Assembly (NCBI GenBank): GCA_965645245.1
Contig: OZ287070.1
Coordinates: 2,294,001-2,358,000 of the forward strand
DNA length: 64,000 nucleotides
DNA from: Massalongia carnosa
Taxonomy: Eukaryota
Reading direction: 5' to 3'
In this document: positions 48,653 through 60,791 of the stretch, one piece after another
Position numbering within the stretch: position 1 is the stretch's first letter
Layout: each line of letters begins with the position of its first letter
Notes under the pieces: generated by a model
Told to the model about the DNA's origin: nothing
Seen by the model: only the letters and a program-made list of their open reading frames with translations
Databases searched by the model: none
Translations under genes and position numbers: made by a program

Positions 48653-50345
48653 CTAAACCGTTGTCATAACACTTGCATTCCGATACCAGCTTAGTAGCGG
48701 ATTCTCGCCGCAGCGCGTCTGCGTATCCTCAATGTACGCCCAGCGGCGCAGGAACTCTTCGTGGGAGAGTACACGTGTGAGCCGGCCTGTTAGAGCGCGG
48801 TAAATATCCTCGGCGACGGCGAAGTCGGTGGGAAAGAGGATGTCAAAGTAGCCTTGCTGGACCTGTGGATATTTTGAAAAGGGGGAAGAGATTAGATGGG
48901 GTTTGGATGGGTGTATTGGAGGGGGGCCAGATTGATAGAGGGATGGAGGGGAAACGAAGCGCCAAGGAAGGAAGGAAAGGCTTACAAAGGGGGTGCTGAC
49001 GGGGACCACTCGGCGCTGGTAGCGGGTTTGCACTACAGGGGCATTGACGCCTTTGATGGTGTTGGGAAGGGAGTGGAAGTCACTAGTCAGCAGTTGATGA
49101 AGAGGGAAGTGCTCGCGTAAGATGTCAAAGAATTGCATCAGTCGCGTGGGAATGTATTCCGGCAAGGTCAGGTTCGGCGCAAAGGGCAGGCGGAACTCGA
49201 AGTTACGGATCAAGCGCGAGGATCTTAAAGGATGATTGAAGGGCCGTGAGCAGGCTGCATTGCGAACACGGAGGAAGCGCGCTGCGACGGGGTCAATATC
49301 TTTAGAGTAGAATTCGTAAAACTCGCCAGCGTTGTCGATCAGGACAATGCCCTGAAGGGGTTCCTCGGTGAAGGGGTCGTAGCGAATGGCATCGTGAGCG
49401 AAGTTGTCGAAGACTTCTAGCGCGAGGAAGTAGCAGGGCGCAGGCACGTACGTGTCCCAAGCGAAGATGGAGCGGTTAATGATCTCAACGTGGGCGGTGT
49501 GGCCCTGAGCCGCGGCAGAGTGGGTGAGCTGGGAGGCTTGTAGCGAGGCGAGGGCGGAGGAGATCTCGATGACTTTAAATTTGGTGCGGTCGTAGACGTC
49601 TTCGTGGAAGGTTCGGATATAGTCGAGGATGTTGAGCATGAGGGTGCCGTTACCGGCCCCCATTTCATAGATTATGAGGTCTTGATAGGGGGAGTGGGAG
49701 ATTTTGTAGTTCGTGACGAGGTAGCGGGCAATAGCTTCGCCATAGTAGGGGCGGAATAATTCAGTGGGGGTGTGCCATAATTGGCGAGTATCATTCGGAG
49801 ACTGGGCGTCGAGGTTGTCTTCGAAATCCGTGTACCTTTGGCCTAGAATACGATGAAACTCGTTTTCATTCGCCATGCTATTGAAGTCGAAGGGTTCGCC
49901 CGGTGTGAAGATGACGGCTTGTTTTGAGAAGTAGCCATAGTGTGGATTATAAAGGCTATCTGGCGTGGCCCTTAGCAAGCTTCCTCAAGTATATTGATAA
50001 AGTAGCTCTACCTTCAATAAAGTCGCGTGTCAGCATCTTGACCCTTTTGGGCCTCTCCCTCCGGCTCCGCAAAGCATCGGCCGTGATCATAGGATATCTC
50101 TGAAAATCCCTCAGTTTATTCTCCGGGAAAAGATCTGTTCTCTGTTGCCATTGACTCTCCCGACCGGCATCGTCCTGGTGGTCATCGCTTTTTGAGATCT
50201 TATGGTATTGGTGGTTCCAAGGCAGGCTACTGGCCACCCGAAAAGGGCGAACTGAATGGGACCGTAGCCTGGAGCATATCCGGTGAGAGAACAACCGCTG
50301 AAAAAGGGTTGTAAGTAATGTAGACTCCATGTGAGCGGCTGGCAT
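48653..50345 (-). CDS. Mitochondrial protein arginine methyltransferase NDUFAF7/MidA family (2 introns)
   Basis: RRERPKRVKMLTRDFIE|DSLYNPHYGYF, WHTPTELF, IYEMGAGNGTL, ALEVFDNFAHD, GYFDILFPTDF. Confidence 0.92.
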
Positions 50346-50535
50346 GGTTTGGAGATCAAAAGAGTCTGAGATTATCTCACGTGGAGTCGAAATACCGATA
50401 CGTGGGGTTTAACTAGTTGAGGGAAGAGCTAGTTCTGAACAGGAATATGGTTCATATATCAACGCTGGTCGTGCACGACGAACCAACACATATTCTGTTA
50501 TAATCAAGGCTGACGCACTAATAGAGTGATGTGTT

Positions 50536-50969
50536 TCAGAAGATTATTAGACAGCATGGCCCGCAGGTGATGGAAGACCACGTCAATCCTGTAGACTCCT
50601 TCGCTTCTAGATACTCCCTGATCTCAGTCCTCCCCGGGTTTGCCCAATCTGCTGGAATGAATCGTATGATACCGGCAAGGATGCCAGTATCAATGAAGCG
50701 ATACTGATTTGCAAGATGACGACATCTTAGAAGTTCGCTCTCGGGATAAGAATCATCGACTTGGCAAACCTTGATCTTCACAATGGCAGGCACCCCGAAT
50801 GTGGAAGGCCTACGTGTGAGTACGGAGACAGTAAAGGAGTCATGTTAAGTGCTCAGAAAATATAGGATCCCACGGTTGCCCGAGCCTGAGATGGCATTCA
50901 GCTTTGATATTTACATGTAAAGGGGTACTTACCGATAAGGAGCACGTTCTTCAAAGATGGCTGTGCCAT
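50536..50969 (-). pseudogene. Truncated NmrA/isoflavone-reductase-like gene
   Basis: MAQPSLKNVLLI|GSGN..(stop)..FTVSVLTR..VDDSYPESELL..QYRFIDTGILAGIIRFIPADW..YLEAKESTGLTWSSITCGP; internal deletions and an early end. Confidence 0.65.
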
Positions 50970-51222
50970 TGTTGAGACTTGATCCAATGTATTTTTCGAC
51001 AGTAGATGCTACCTGAATACGCTTCGAAAGTCCCACAGATGCCCCAGTATTGCGGCGTAGACGACAACATCAATAACATAATAGCCCTTCCTCTCAACCC
51101 ATCGGCATAGCTTGAACTACTACAAGCAGGAGTGTTTTTGCGTCACAGGAATCCTCTTAATCCTATCACAATGCGACAACCCCATTTACAACTACGAGTA
51201 TATACAGAAGTGATGGAATTAC

Positions 51223-51611
51223 CAGTGCTAATACTAAAAAATCTTAAAAAATCTTAAAACATCGAATTCTTATGTGGTTGTTTCAAAATTTTAGTATCTT
51301 CGACCTGTATAGCTATAAACTCAATTAAATACGGAGTACTCTCTTAAAAATGGAAATTTTAATTCATAGTCGCCGTTGATTCGGATTTTCAGATTAGTAC
51401 GGAGTCACGTGGGAGTACACAGTAATTAAAGAAACTTATTTAGCGGCCGCGTTTAACGCTAGTGAAAAGGGTGTGAATACGAGTAAAGTACTCTGTAGAC
51501 ACGAATATTGCAGTGCGACGAAAACACGTTTTAGAACTCTAGAAATTTATTAAAACATGCCTGAAAATCCGAAAACGTTCTATAAATTTTTTAAGAATTT
51601 TCGCAGGTCTG
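51223..51611. repeat. AT-rich segment with two related ~85-100 bp CAG...CTG(TA) units, possibly degenerate MITEs
   Basis: Units at 51223-51307 and 51511-51611. aaaaatcttaaaaaatct resembles the reverse complement of the right unit (aaaattcttaaaaaattt). The left unit has an internal atactaaaa/ttttagtat inverted repeat. Confidence 0.4.
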
Positions 51612-51901
51612 TATGAAAGTGAAAAATGCCTACGTATGGTTCTAGGCCTTATGCCGGCACGAGTCGAAGCACACTAACCATATTAAGATATCCGCCTTTC
51701 CGCGAAACCACCTTTCTATCTTGCATTCTTCTTTCTCTGTACATGCTCAATATCTCCTTTCTTTGCTGCTGCTACCGCGACGAGGCCAAGTCATTCATAA
51801 GTGTGTGGAGTTGTGTTTCAAGGCATCCGAGATTAGTCGGCACCGGTTCATTTACTCGTTTATCAATGTTATGGGGAAAGCCCAGATAGCTTTTGGGTGA
51901 T

Positions 51902-54900
51902 GGAACTTCTTCAAATCGTGGAGATATTGTGCTGAGAATATGTAGTGCTCTTTTTTTCACAGTTGGAATCATATCGGTCACAAATCAGAATTCTTTGACC
52001 TTTGGTATGATAGCTTACGGCATGCTCTTGGCATCCAACTCAAGACTGATGCCTTGATAGCTAGACCAACCCAATCATCAATTGTTTTTCTGGTCATTTG
52101 TGGTTTCTCTATCTTATTACTTCGCATCATTTCCTCTACCCCCTTGACCGGTCATGCGACATTACCGCTACAAGACCGAAACAGGTCGAGATACCCAAGA
52201 GATTTGTCATCCAATATCTCAAATAGCTCAAGACTACTTTTCCCTCGAGCATCAAGTTTTCTGATTGCTACCGCTGTCATATCTCTTTGCCTTCGAATTG
52301 AGCTCTTCCGGATTGTTCTTGTTAATAGGCAATGTACGATTTCTGGATTAGAGGTAAGGTAGCTAATATCTGTATTTGCTACTCTACTTACAATCTGGAA
52401 GGGATGTGTGCCATTTCTTCTTGCTGTCTATGACTGTTGGGATATTCAAGATACGCGTCCGTCAAAAGAAACGGCAGGAGCGTCATGGCCTAGTAAATTC
52501 ATCCGTGGGAGAGCAAGATATTTATTGCCAGCGGCAATTTTGAGTGGTGCAAGTATATTGAGTTCTTACCATGCTAATGCCCTGCGATCAACCTATATAT
52601 GCCCACACTTTGCTTCTGCTCAGAGAATTGTGCCCGCTCTTCAGGCTCTGGCAGCCTTGTTAGACTGCTATGTGCTCGTGAGCATAGATAGAGCTATTAG
52701 AAGAAGAATCACAAATGGAGTGCTTTCGGGCAACACGGCATCCATAGTGCTAGCTTCTACGTTCTTGGTATGTATATACAACCTGGCTCGATTTTTCTCA
52801 GCATTAACACTGCAAAGCTCTCTGCTGCGTTTCTCTCTCTTGGTGGGCTTGTTGCTTTTGCTACACACCCAGCATACTGGAAATGGGTTCTCGGTGTTGA
52901 TAAGGTATATTTCATCAACTTGGCTTGGGATACCCTCCTCTGCATAACAGCAACTCTATGTGCATTAGAAATAGTATGTATAATTCTTTTGTTCAAGAGA
53001 AGGATCATGCTAAACATTTTAGTACTCAATCTATGGTCTTCTTCATACTTCATTTATCGTCACATTTGTAACCACATATGTCAGCGGCTTCGCAGATGAA
53101 CTTTCCAAGCAAGACGCTTTCGCCCATTTTACCCAGGCTTCTAGTGCTGTTACTTCATTAGTTTTGTTTCTCGGTGCTGCTCTATATTTACATATCAAAT
53201 CATTAGAGGCGCCGCTCTCATTCAGACCCACGCAAAGTCTAGTCCCCCGAATATCCTTTTCACCTTATGCCATACTAACTCTACTGCTGATTGCCCGTGG
53301 TTTCTATCAATTTCCGCGAAGCAACTTAACCCGTGGTCATCCAATTGGTATTCTTATGCGTAACGCTGAATCGCAGTCCCAGGCATGGCTTGCGCAGGCC
53401 TCAGCAAGCAAGACACTTGCAGATGCAATAGAAAATTATCGGCGACGATATCGAAATCATCCGCCACCGGGGTTTGATGTATGGTATAAATATGCCACGG
53501 AGAGGTCATCGCTCGTCATCGACGATTACGACAGTATTTATAAAGATCTGTTGCCTTTCTGGGCTGTGGACCCTCTAACAATACGATCAACAACAAGGGC
53601 CATCATCTCGGATCAGTGGAACGAAGTAGCAGAAGTGATCATCCGATCAGGCAAGGCAGAAATCGGTCCTAATGTAGTTCCAACACATCGATGGATGCTT
53701 GAGGGTGTTCTGGCAATGATGCAAGGCTTCGTGCAATGGCTGCCAGACATGGATCTTGCCTTCAACATTAACGATGAACCGAGAATAGCGATACCCTGGA
53801 AATCTTTGCAAAGGCTCCGAGACTTTGGAACGAATGCCCAAACTTCCACGAAAGAGGTTTCCGTTGAATGGAGTTTGGATCGCGCGTCTACGTGGCGCCC
53901 CTTGGGCGAAACAGAACCCCATCAACGCCCCTTCGAAGACCATTCTTTCGCCAACTCTTTCGCCGACTACGGCTCCATTGCCTGCCCGCCTACCTCTCAC
54001 GCTCGCAGACTCCACCCCTGGGACCCCTCCACCTTCTGCGCCACATGCGCAGCCCCCCACTCCCTTGGTCTCTTCCTCAGCAACTGGACCCTCGCGTCTT
54101 CCCCCTGCCACCAACCCGACCTTGCCCACCTCCACGGTTTCTACCTTAGTCCGGCCGCCTTCAAACCTTCGCACGCCCTCCTGCCCGTCTTCTCGCAAAG
54201 CAAAGCCCACGGCTACGCTGACATCCTCTACCCCTCAGCGTGGAACTACATGGACAAAGTCAAATACGACCCCTCAGATTCGCACCCAGATCCGCCCTTT
54301 ACCGAAAAGGAAAACACGCTCTTCTGGCGTGGTGCCACCTCTGAAGGTCTCTCCAAGCACGCCACGTGGAAGGGCATGGCCCGCCAACGCCTCGTTCACT
54401 TAGCCAATAACGCAACACACCCCCTCCCAGTCCTCCTCCCTCACCCCACCCGCTTGGATGTCTATACCTACACGCTCCTGCCGCCCTCGGCCCTCGACCT
54501 GCACCTTGACATCGCCATCGTCGACGACATCGCGCGCTGCTGGGACAACGACTGCGCCGACCAAGTCGCCGAGCTCGGCCTCGCGCCCCGCTCCGACTTC
54601 CAGGCCCATTGGCGCCGCCGCTTCCTTTTCGACCTCGACGGCGCCGGCTTCAGCGGACGCTTCCTGCCATTCCTGCAAAGTCGCTCCTTGGTGTTCAAGA
54701 CCGCCGTATTCCGTGAATGGTGGGATGCGCGCGTCGTGGCGTGGCGACATTTCGTGCCCGTGGATGTTAGATTTCACGGCTTGTTGGCCACGTTGGCGTA
54801 TTTCGCCGGTGCGAATGGGGCAGCTGGGGCAAACCCCCAACAGCGAGCATTCGCCCCCATGGCCGCGAACCTGCGTGCCGGCGAGGAGATCGCAGAGGCG

Positions 54901-55047
54901 GGTCGGGAACTGGCGGAAAAGATGCTCCGAAAGGAAGATATGGAGGTATATCTGTTTCGCTTGCTGTTGGAGTGGGGCCGCTTGACGGATGATCGGCGGG
55001 GGGGACTTGGGTTTGGGGGAGGGGAAGGAGAAGGAGGGAGGGAGTGA
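51902..55047 (+). CDS. Glycosyltransferase family 90 (CAP10/Cxt1-like) with N-terminal membrane region; 5' end uncertain
   Basis: HPI..L..A, YRRRY..PPPGFDVWY.YA, LPDMDLAFNINDEPR, LFWRGATSEG, DLDGAGFSGRF, FREWWD.R..W.HFVP, LRKEDMEVYLFRLLLEWGR; hydrophobic upstream exons. Confidence 0.88.
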
Positions 55048-56679
55048 GATTTGGTTGGAGGGATTATGTAGGCAAGGCCGGGATGGAGAATGGAGTATGG
55101 ACTGGGCAGGGGGTTCTACCTACGCGGCGAGCGAGCCCCAGGATTTTGGGGGGTGACTACCTACCTTCTTGGATAGCTTACCTACCTACCTGGGTTGCTT
55201 CTCTTTTTCTTCTGCCCACTTCTTGTTCTCCCAGCAATATCTATCTGTAGTTTATATGTTTTTTTCGTCCATAACCAACCAACCCACCCCAAAATCTAAA
55301 CTTTTTGTTCTGCCTTCTCTTCTCTCTGTGTGTCTCTGTAGGCAAAGGGGTCATTCGTTCGTTCGTTTATTCAAGGCCCGGAAGGGCGTTCTTTGGGTGG
55401 GAAAGGGGGGGGGGGTGTGTGAACAGGGAGGGCTGAAGGGAGTGGGAAGGAAGTGACGGGCAGGAATGGGATCGGTAGTGGGCTGCTTTACCGATAGATA
55501 ACACGGAGAGAGGCTATGGATGTTTTCTTTCTCCGTTCCGGTCAGGTGGGGTGGTGTTCCCTGCCGGGGCAATTCTAAAATGCCGAGGTCGGCAGCTCTA
55601 AGATGGCGGTTTTAAAAAAAAACGGTGGGTGGGATTGGTGTTAGGGCTTTGGGGAGGGAGGGAAAAAGGTAAAGCCGGGGGGGAATCAGGTGGTGGGGTC
55701 AGTTTCGGATTGAAGTTTGTTAAGAAACTAAAGAATGGGGTGAGCCAAATCTACTGATTGGGCACAACGAAGGAAGCGTTATCTATTTTCATTTGCCTCT
55801 GGCAGGAGTCTGAAGGCATGGTTGAAGAGTGGCCTTCTGGGGTTTGAGTGCTTGCAATCTCCGTTGATTGGTGTTTGGGTGCGCGATTTGGACTCGAGAT
55901 GAGCAACGGAGAGAGGGAGGTGGCATGCTTGGTCTTCTGGTTTTTTTTGGTATAGCAGAGATGCTTGTCTAGCCGCTAGGACATGAATGTCTTGCATCAA
56001 GGCAGACTGATTAGATTCCTACAAGGTCCTGTAACCCGAGTCATTCTCGCCTCCGAGTATGACGTTGAAGACGTTAGAGTAAATCGAGGAGTATATCAGC
56101 AGGTAAAGCAGAAAGATTCGGAACGTTTGATGTCCGATGATCATCTACCTAAAACATCATCAATGCGCCATCGTCGATCCTCTGCCATTGCGAAGGGTCT
56201 GGAACACCATATCGACAGCAAGGGCGGTCGTCGAATCTCAACCAACCTTGGCTTCACTGCTGCAAAGGATCAATGGACGCATTGTGACGCATGGCTGCGA
56301 GTCATCCATGTGGCTTATGTGCGTTGGATTGGCTTCGAGTGCAACCCCTATGCTTCACCGCAGACGTGCTTTTCAGCCGTAAATGGCACCTTGCTCCTTC
56401 GCAAACGAACGTATCATCAGCAACTACTGAGGCGAAGTACGTTATCGAGCACATATTAGGCCCTAAGTAGTTCTAACGTGATCCTTTAACCGACGGTTTT
56501 CTTAATCCTCTACGTGGTATCCCATGTCTCCATCCAGAACATGCATGGTTCTTGATACCAGCTCGCTTGGCCGACGAGAGTAATGTCCCCCATGTGGCGC
56601 GCCTTTTCCTTCTCGCTACCGCAAAAATCTCTCCGCAATCCCCAACGCTGGTTAGAGGGGATCATGTTCATAGGCCCAA

Positions 56680-57367
56680 TTAGACCGACGATGATTCACA
56701 GCCCTCTAACATCTTCCTCAGAACCCCTACTAGGGTTCCATTCTCCAGCGCAGCGGCCACTCTTTCTTTGTCGGCTAGCTGGCGAGTTACCGCCTCAGCC
56801 GTGCTATGCGTACCCTCCTTGATCTTCACGTCTACTCGGAACCGAGGTGGAAGGGCTTGCTCAAGGCGAACGCGTACGCCAAGCCCAATGACCGTCGCAA
56901 GCGAGCAATGCGTGATTGTGGGTGTAATCAATACGGTGACGACGGTAATGTTCTTGGTGTTATGCAGAGGAGCAATATGGATATCCGGCAGATTGACCAC
57001 AGAGAGGGAGCCCAACGTCAAGGGGTGTTCTGGGTCGACAATGGGGGAAATGAGGTCTCACACGAAATACGTTAGTTGGTAGGCTCGCCAACTCATCACA
57101 CTACATGTATGGCATCAAGGGATACTCACCATAGATTTCTTGCTCGTCGATGGGCTCAATCGTGTCCGCGCATTCTGCCTCTTCTTCACTGGATACGGAA
57201 GGAGATGGCGAGAAAGGGTCAGGAATATAGGCGGATGAAGGGATAGTGCTAGTGAGCAGGCCGAACGAGGGCTTGCTGGATGGTTGGGGAGAGGCGGTTT
57301 GCCGTCGACGGCTGGGGAGGTCAGAAGCATTACGGATGGTGGGGTTGGCGTTGAGAACCTCAGACAT
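56680..57367 (-). CDS. CIA2: Cytosolic Fe-S assembly component CIA2/MIP18 (FAM96) (1 intron)
   Basis: LNANPTI..EPIDEQEIY|DLISPIVDPEHPLTLGSLSVV..ITPTITHCSLATVIGL..GTHST..QLADKERVAAALEN. Confidence 0.95.
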
Positions 57368-59183
57368 TGTCTTGCAATAGTGGTACAGTATATGTCTGTT
57401 GGCTGTTCCACAGATAATGATCACAGATGTAATCGGTGAGTAAGCGTTGATTTAGGTAGTCCGTACTCTATGTTTCGAGAAGAGGAAGTAACTCGGGACT
57501 CTGTAGCTGTTTCTATTTTCGACGTGCACTTCGCCCGCGCTTAGGATTCATCTCCTTTACATTGTGGCTCGCTTATCGACCCATCGACCCATCGACCAGA
57601 TTTCTTTTGCCTGCCTACAGAGATACGTATAGAGTATATAGAGTACTCCGTAGGGCATATACTATTCTCGTCCGCCGAATCTCCTGCAACTCTACATTCT
57701 TTCCCGAGACAAATATACGCGATACGACGGGACCCGAATGGTTCGGTTTAGTAAACGCCGGAAAGCGATTACCTACTTAACAATTTCCTGGTGTTTCTTC
57801 ATGTCAAACATGCGCGCACTCGCTGGTTTAAGACTTCGGTTTAAGTCTTAGATTTGTTTTAGCTTTGTGGTGGACGGCATCCCCAGCTCTACGAGGCGGA
57901 TTCCAGGAAACAGGTCTGACCGGGTTCTGGATTATGTGTGTAACCATCTGCTTTCGGAGAGGGTGTAGGTTTCGGTGGGCTAACCATCAAAATCGAATTT
58001 CAGTGAGCTGCCTTGACGGCAGAGTTTCAAAGCCCCAGCGGCAGCACCCGGGCGAAACCGTTCAATCTTCTCTCCATGCCGCGATTGACAGGAGTCTTCT
58101 CTGAGTGTTTTAGCGACCCCTAGTTGACCAGTCCCATGGGCCGATACATGCTCAAGCATAACGAATGCCTACGCGAACTTTTCGCGCTATTGGCGGCACC
58201 TTTGGTGGCTTGCATGAAGTCGCGGGCTGATCAAGCCTTAGGCGATGTCCACCCTTGCGATCACTTTTCTTCCGTGGGCCTTTTGGATCTACGTTGCTGC
58301 TTCTAGAAGAGCCGTTAGACGTAGATCATCATGCTGAACTTTCTCCTTGTCGATTGTCAACCACAATGACCGTCAGGATAGATGAATCCTCCCTCTAACT
58401 TGCCATTTTCGTCCTACACCTATTTACCCCAAGGAAATGTCAGCATACGCAGGATGGAGATTATGATGACCGCATTCTGGTTGCGCCATGATCGCTTATT
58501 TGATTTCGTATCTTCAGGTTCCATGAATGTATAGGGGTTTAACCGGTGTCCCCCAGGCTATTAATATCACACATCAGATCATTGACCGATGCGCCAACCT
58601 CGGTACGCTGCGAAAAACGAGTCGTACATGGAACGCTGGAGTCGGTCCAGAGCAATCTGACATCACCTGATTCTCTTGAGGTTTACCTTTCATCGTGCTC
58701 TGCAGATGCATTGTGTCGTTTGCATTAGTCGCATCTTCTGATTTGACAGATTCGTGGCACCACGTTTACATAGTACAAATCCTCCTTCTACCCCTGGTCA
58801 CCAGGGTGCCATCAAACGCTAACGACAAATGATGATCCGCCTGTACTCTGTATCTCGACTCTACTCGATGCTAAAAGTTCGCCGTCACGCCAACCACGCA
58901 CATCAAGGGAGGCTGGACTGTTTAAGCAGTTCGACTTCGCACTTGCCTCTGCAAACCTGTCATTTGCCTGAAATAGTACTCTGTACAGAGTACAAGGTAC
59001 TAATGCAGAAACGTCCTGACCCGAGGTACGGAAGCGAAGGGCGAAATTCTTCCCATCCCATTATACTTCGTTGTCGTCACAAGTCGTTGACCACCTGAAG
59101 GCCGCAGGCAGCCAGCCAGCCTTACCGTTCATCACCACCTCGCTGTCTGATATGCTGATGTTTTGTATTCCGTACAAGTATCA

Positions 59184-59216
59184 CCTCAGCTTCGATCGCC
59201 TCAGCTTCGATCGCCT
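59184..59216. repeat. 15-bp tandem duplication cctcagcttcgatcg x2
   Basis: Read directly. Confidence 0.8.
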
Positions 59217-59763
59217 TACCGTCGGTAGGTTAGCCCTCTAGCTCTTTAACAACTTGGATTTGTGAAGGCGGTCTGATTACACGATCGCGACCAGTCAACG
59301 TCCAGACCCCATTGCAGCAGTGGCTCATATCCATTCCACTTGATCATCTCATCCTTCGGATTTGCACTTCTCCACCCTGAAGACCAAGGGCTCAAGTCTT
59401 CATGCAATCATGCTTCGGGTTAGACGATTTCACGATCTTGAACGTGACCGCGATATAGCTTTTCATCCAGCTCTTCGGCCAGTTCACGTCATCACCCAGT
59501 GCAGAGTGGGGGTAAAAATGCGCCAAATACCAGGCAACCAGGGTGCCTGGGCAGATGGAGATTGGGGAACCTTGTTCGTTGTATACTCATGTGCTCGTGT
59601 GCTCGTAGCCTTGTACTAGGCATTTTGCCCGTTGGCCTCGTTAGATAACTTGTGTTTAATACGGAGTACAGAGCAAATACAGAGCAAGTATACAGAGTAA
59701 GTACTGTACCCCGCGTCGACACTTGGGATGGTTTGTAATCAATTAGTCAACGCATCCCACTCA

Positions 59764-59800
59764 CTACCTAAATACCTAATTACCTAACTACCTAACTACT
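59764..59800. repeat. (TACCTAA)n-type short repeat upstream of the Zn2Cys6 gene
   Basis: ctacctaaatacctaattacctaactacctaactact. Confidence 0.7.
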
Positions 59801-60791
59801 TGCCCACCAAACACCAAAATCATCTGCTCGGACATTGCGGGTTACTCTCCCAGGAAACCCTCCCCCTCCCTTCGATAGTCCTTTATCAAGTTCCAACTCT
59901 TTCATTTGTTTAACCCATCTCACCCTGCTTACTCTTTCTGTGCGCAACATCAACCCACTCCAACACACCGCTCAAAATAGGTATCCAACAGCTGCGCGAT
60001 TGCGCATAACTGTACTCGTCATTGCTTGGGATTATTGTTCTACCCGTGAACCCTTAAGCCTCAGCTCCCAGCTCCAACCCCAACTGACCTAATCTTCTGC
60101 AACCTTCAAAGGACGGGTCGTTATTGGTTGTTACGATTGCAAGTCGAGGGTTGGATAAAGCTAAGGTAAGTGAAACTGGAAAAGCACCATTGCCTCCCAT
60201 TTGCGCGAACGTGCCATCGTGCAAGGTGCCTGAGGTTACCTCTAACGGCCGGGTAACTTCCGAGAGGATTCTTTCTCCCGTTTCTAGCTGTTGAATTCTC
60301 GACTATATGATTATCTACCGTGTCTTTGCTACAGGTTGAACGGTGCCCCTCTTTCCATCCTTTATCTCTCTTCTTTGTGTGGCTGGCTCTATATTGGTCT
60401 TGTTCTTCCTGCCACTGCCTTTCTCACGCTCTAGCTGCTCTGGATTCATATGCGCTCCAGAAAACGCTCGGCCTGCTATAACGGTATTCACACGAGACAA
60501 TCGAGGGCGTGGTTTAAAATCTCCCGGTCTTGAGAGCTGGGAAAGGATTGGTGTTTTGCTCCACGGCTATTTCGCTATCGCAAGATTACATTGTATGCAA
60601 ACTGCAGATATCTCCCCTTTTTCGTTCCCAACCAATCTCTCCGAAACCAAAAGCGGCGTCACTACAAGGATCCAATAAGTCTTTAATCATCGTCCTCTAT
60701 CAAGACAACTCTCCGTATATATATCCGCGGTCGAGCTGGCAGGTCTGGAAGCTTTCTCTGCTTCGCCTCTCACCATCAGCCCTGGTCATAG

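Noticed and set aside
53613..54985. Many long overlapping and antisense ORFs in GT90 (also VAS1 and 24-25 kb)
   Set aside because: Expected by-product of high local GC; the peptides are low-complexity.
55983..56459. 158-aa + strand ORF
   Set aside because: No family resemblance or coding-like signal; probably intergenic/UTR.
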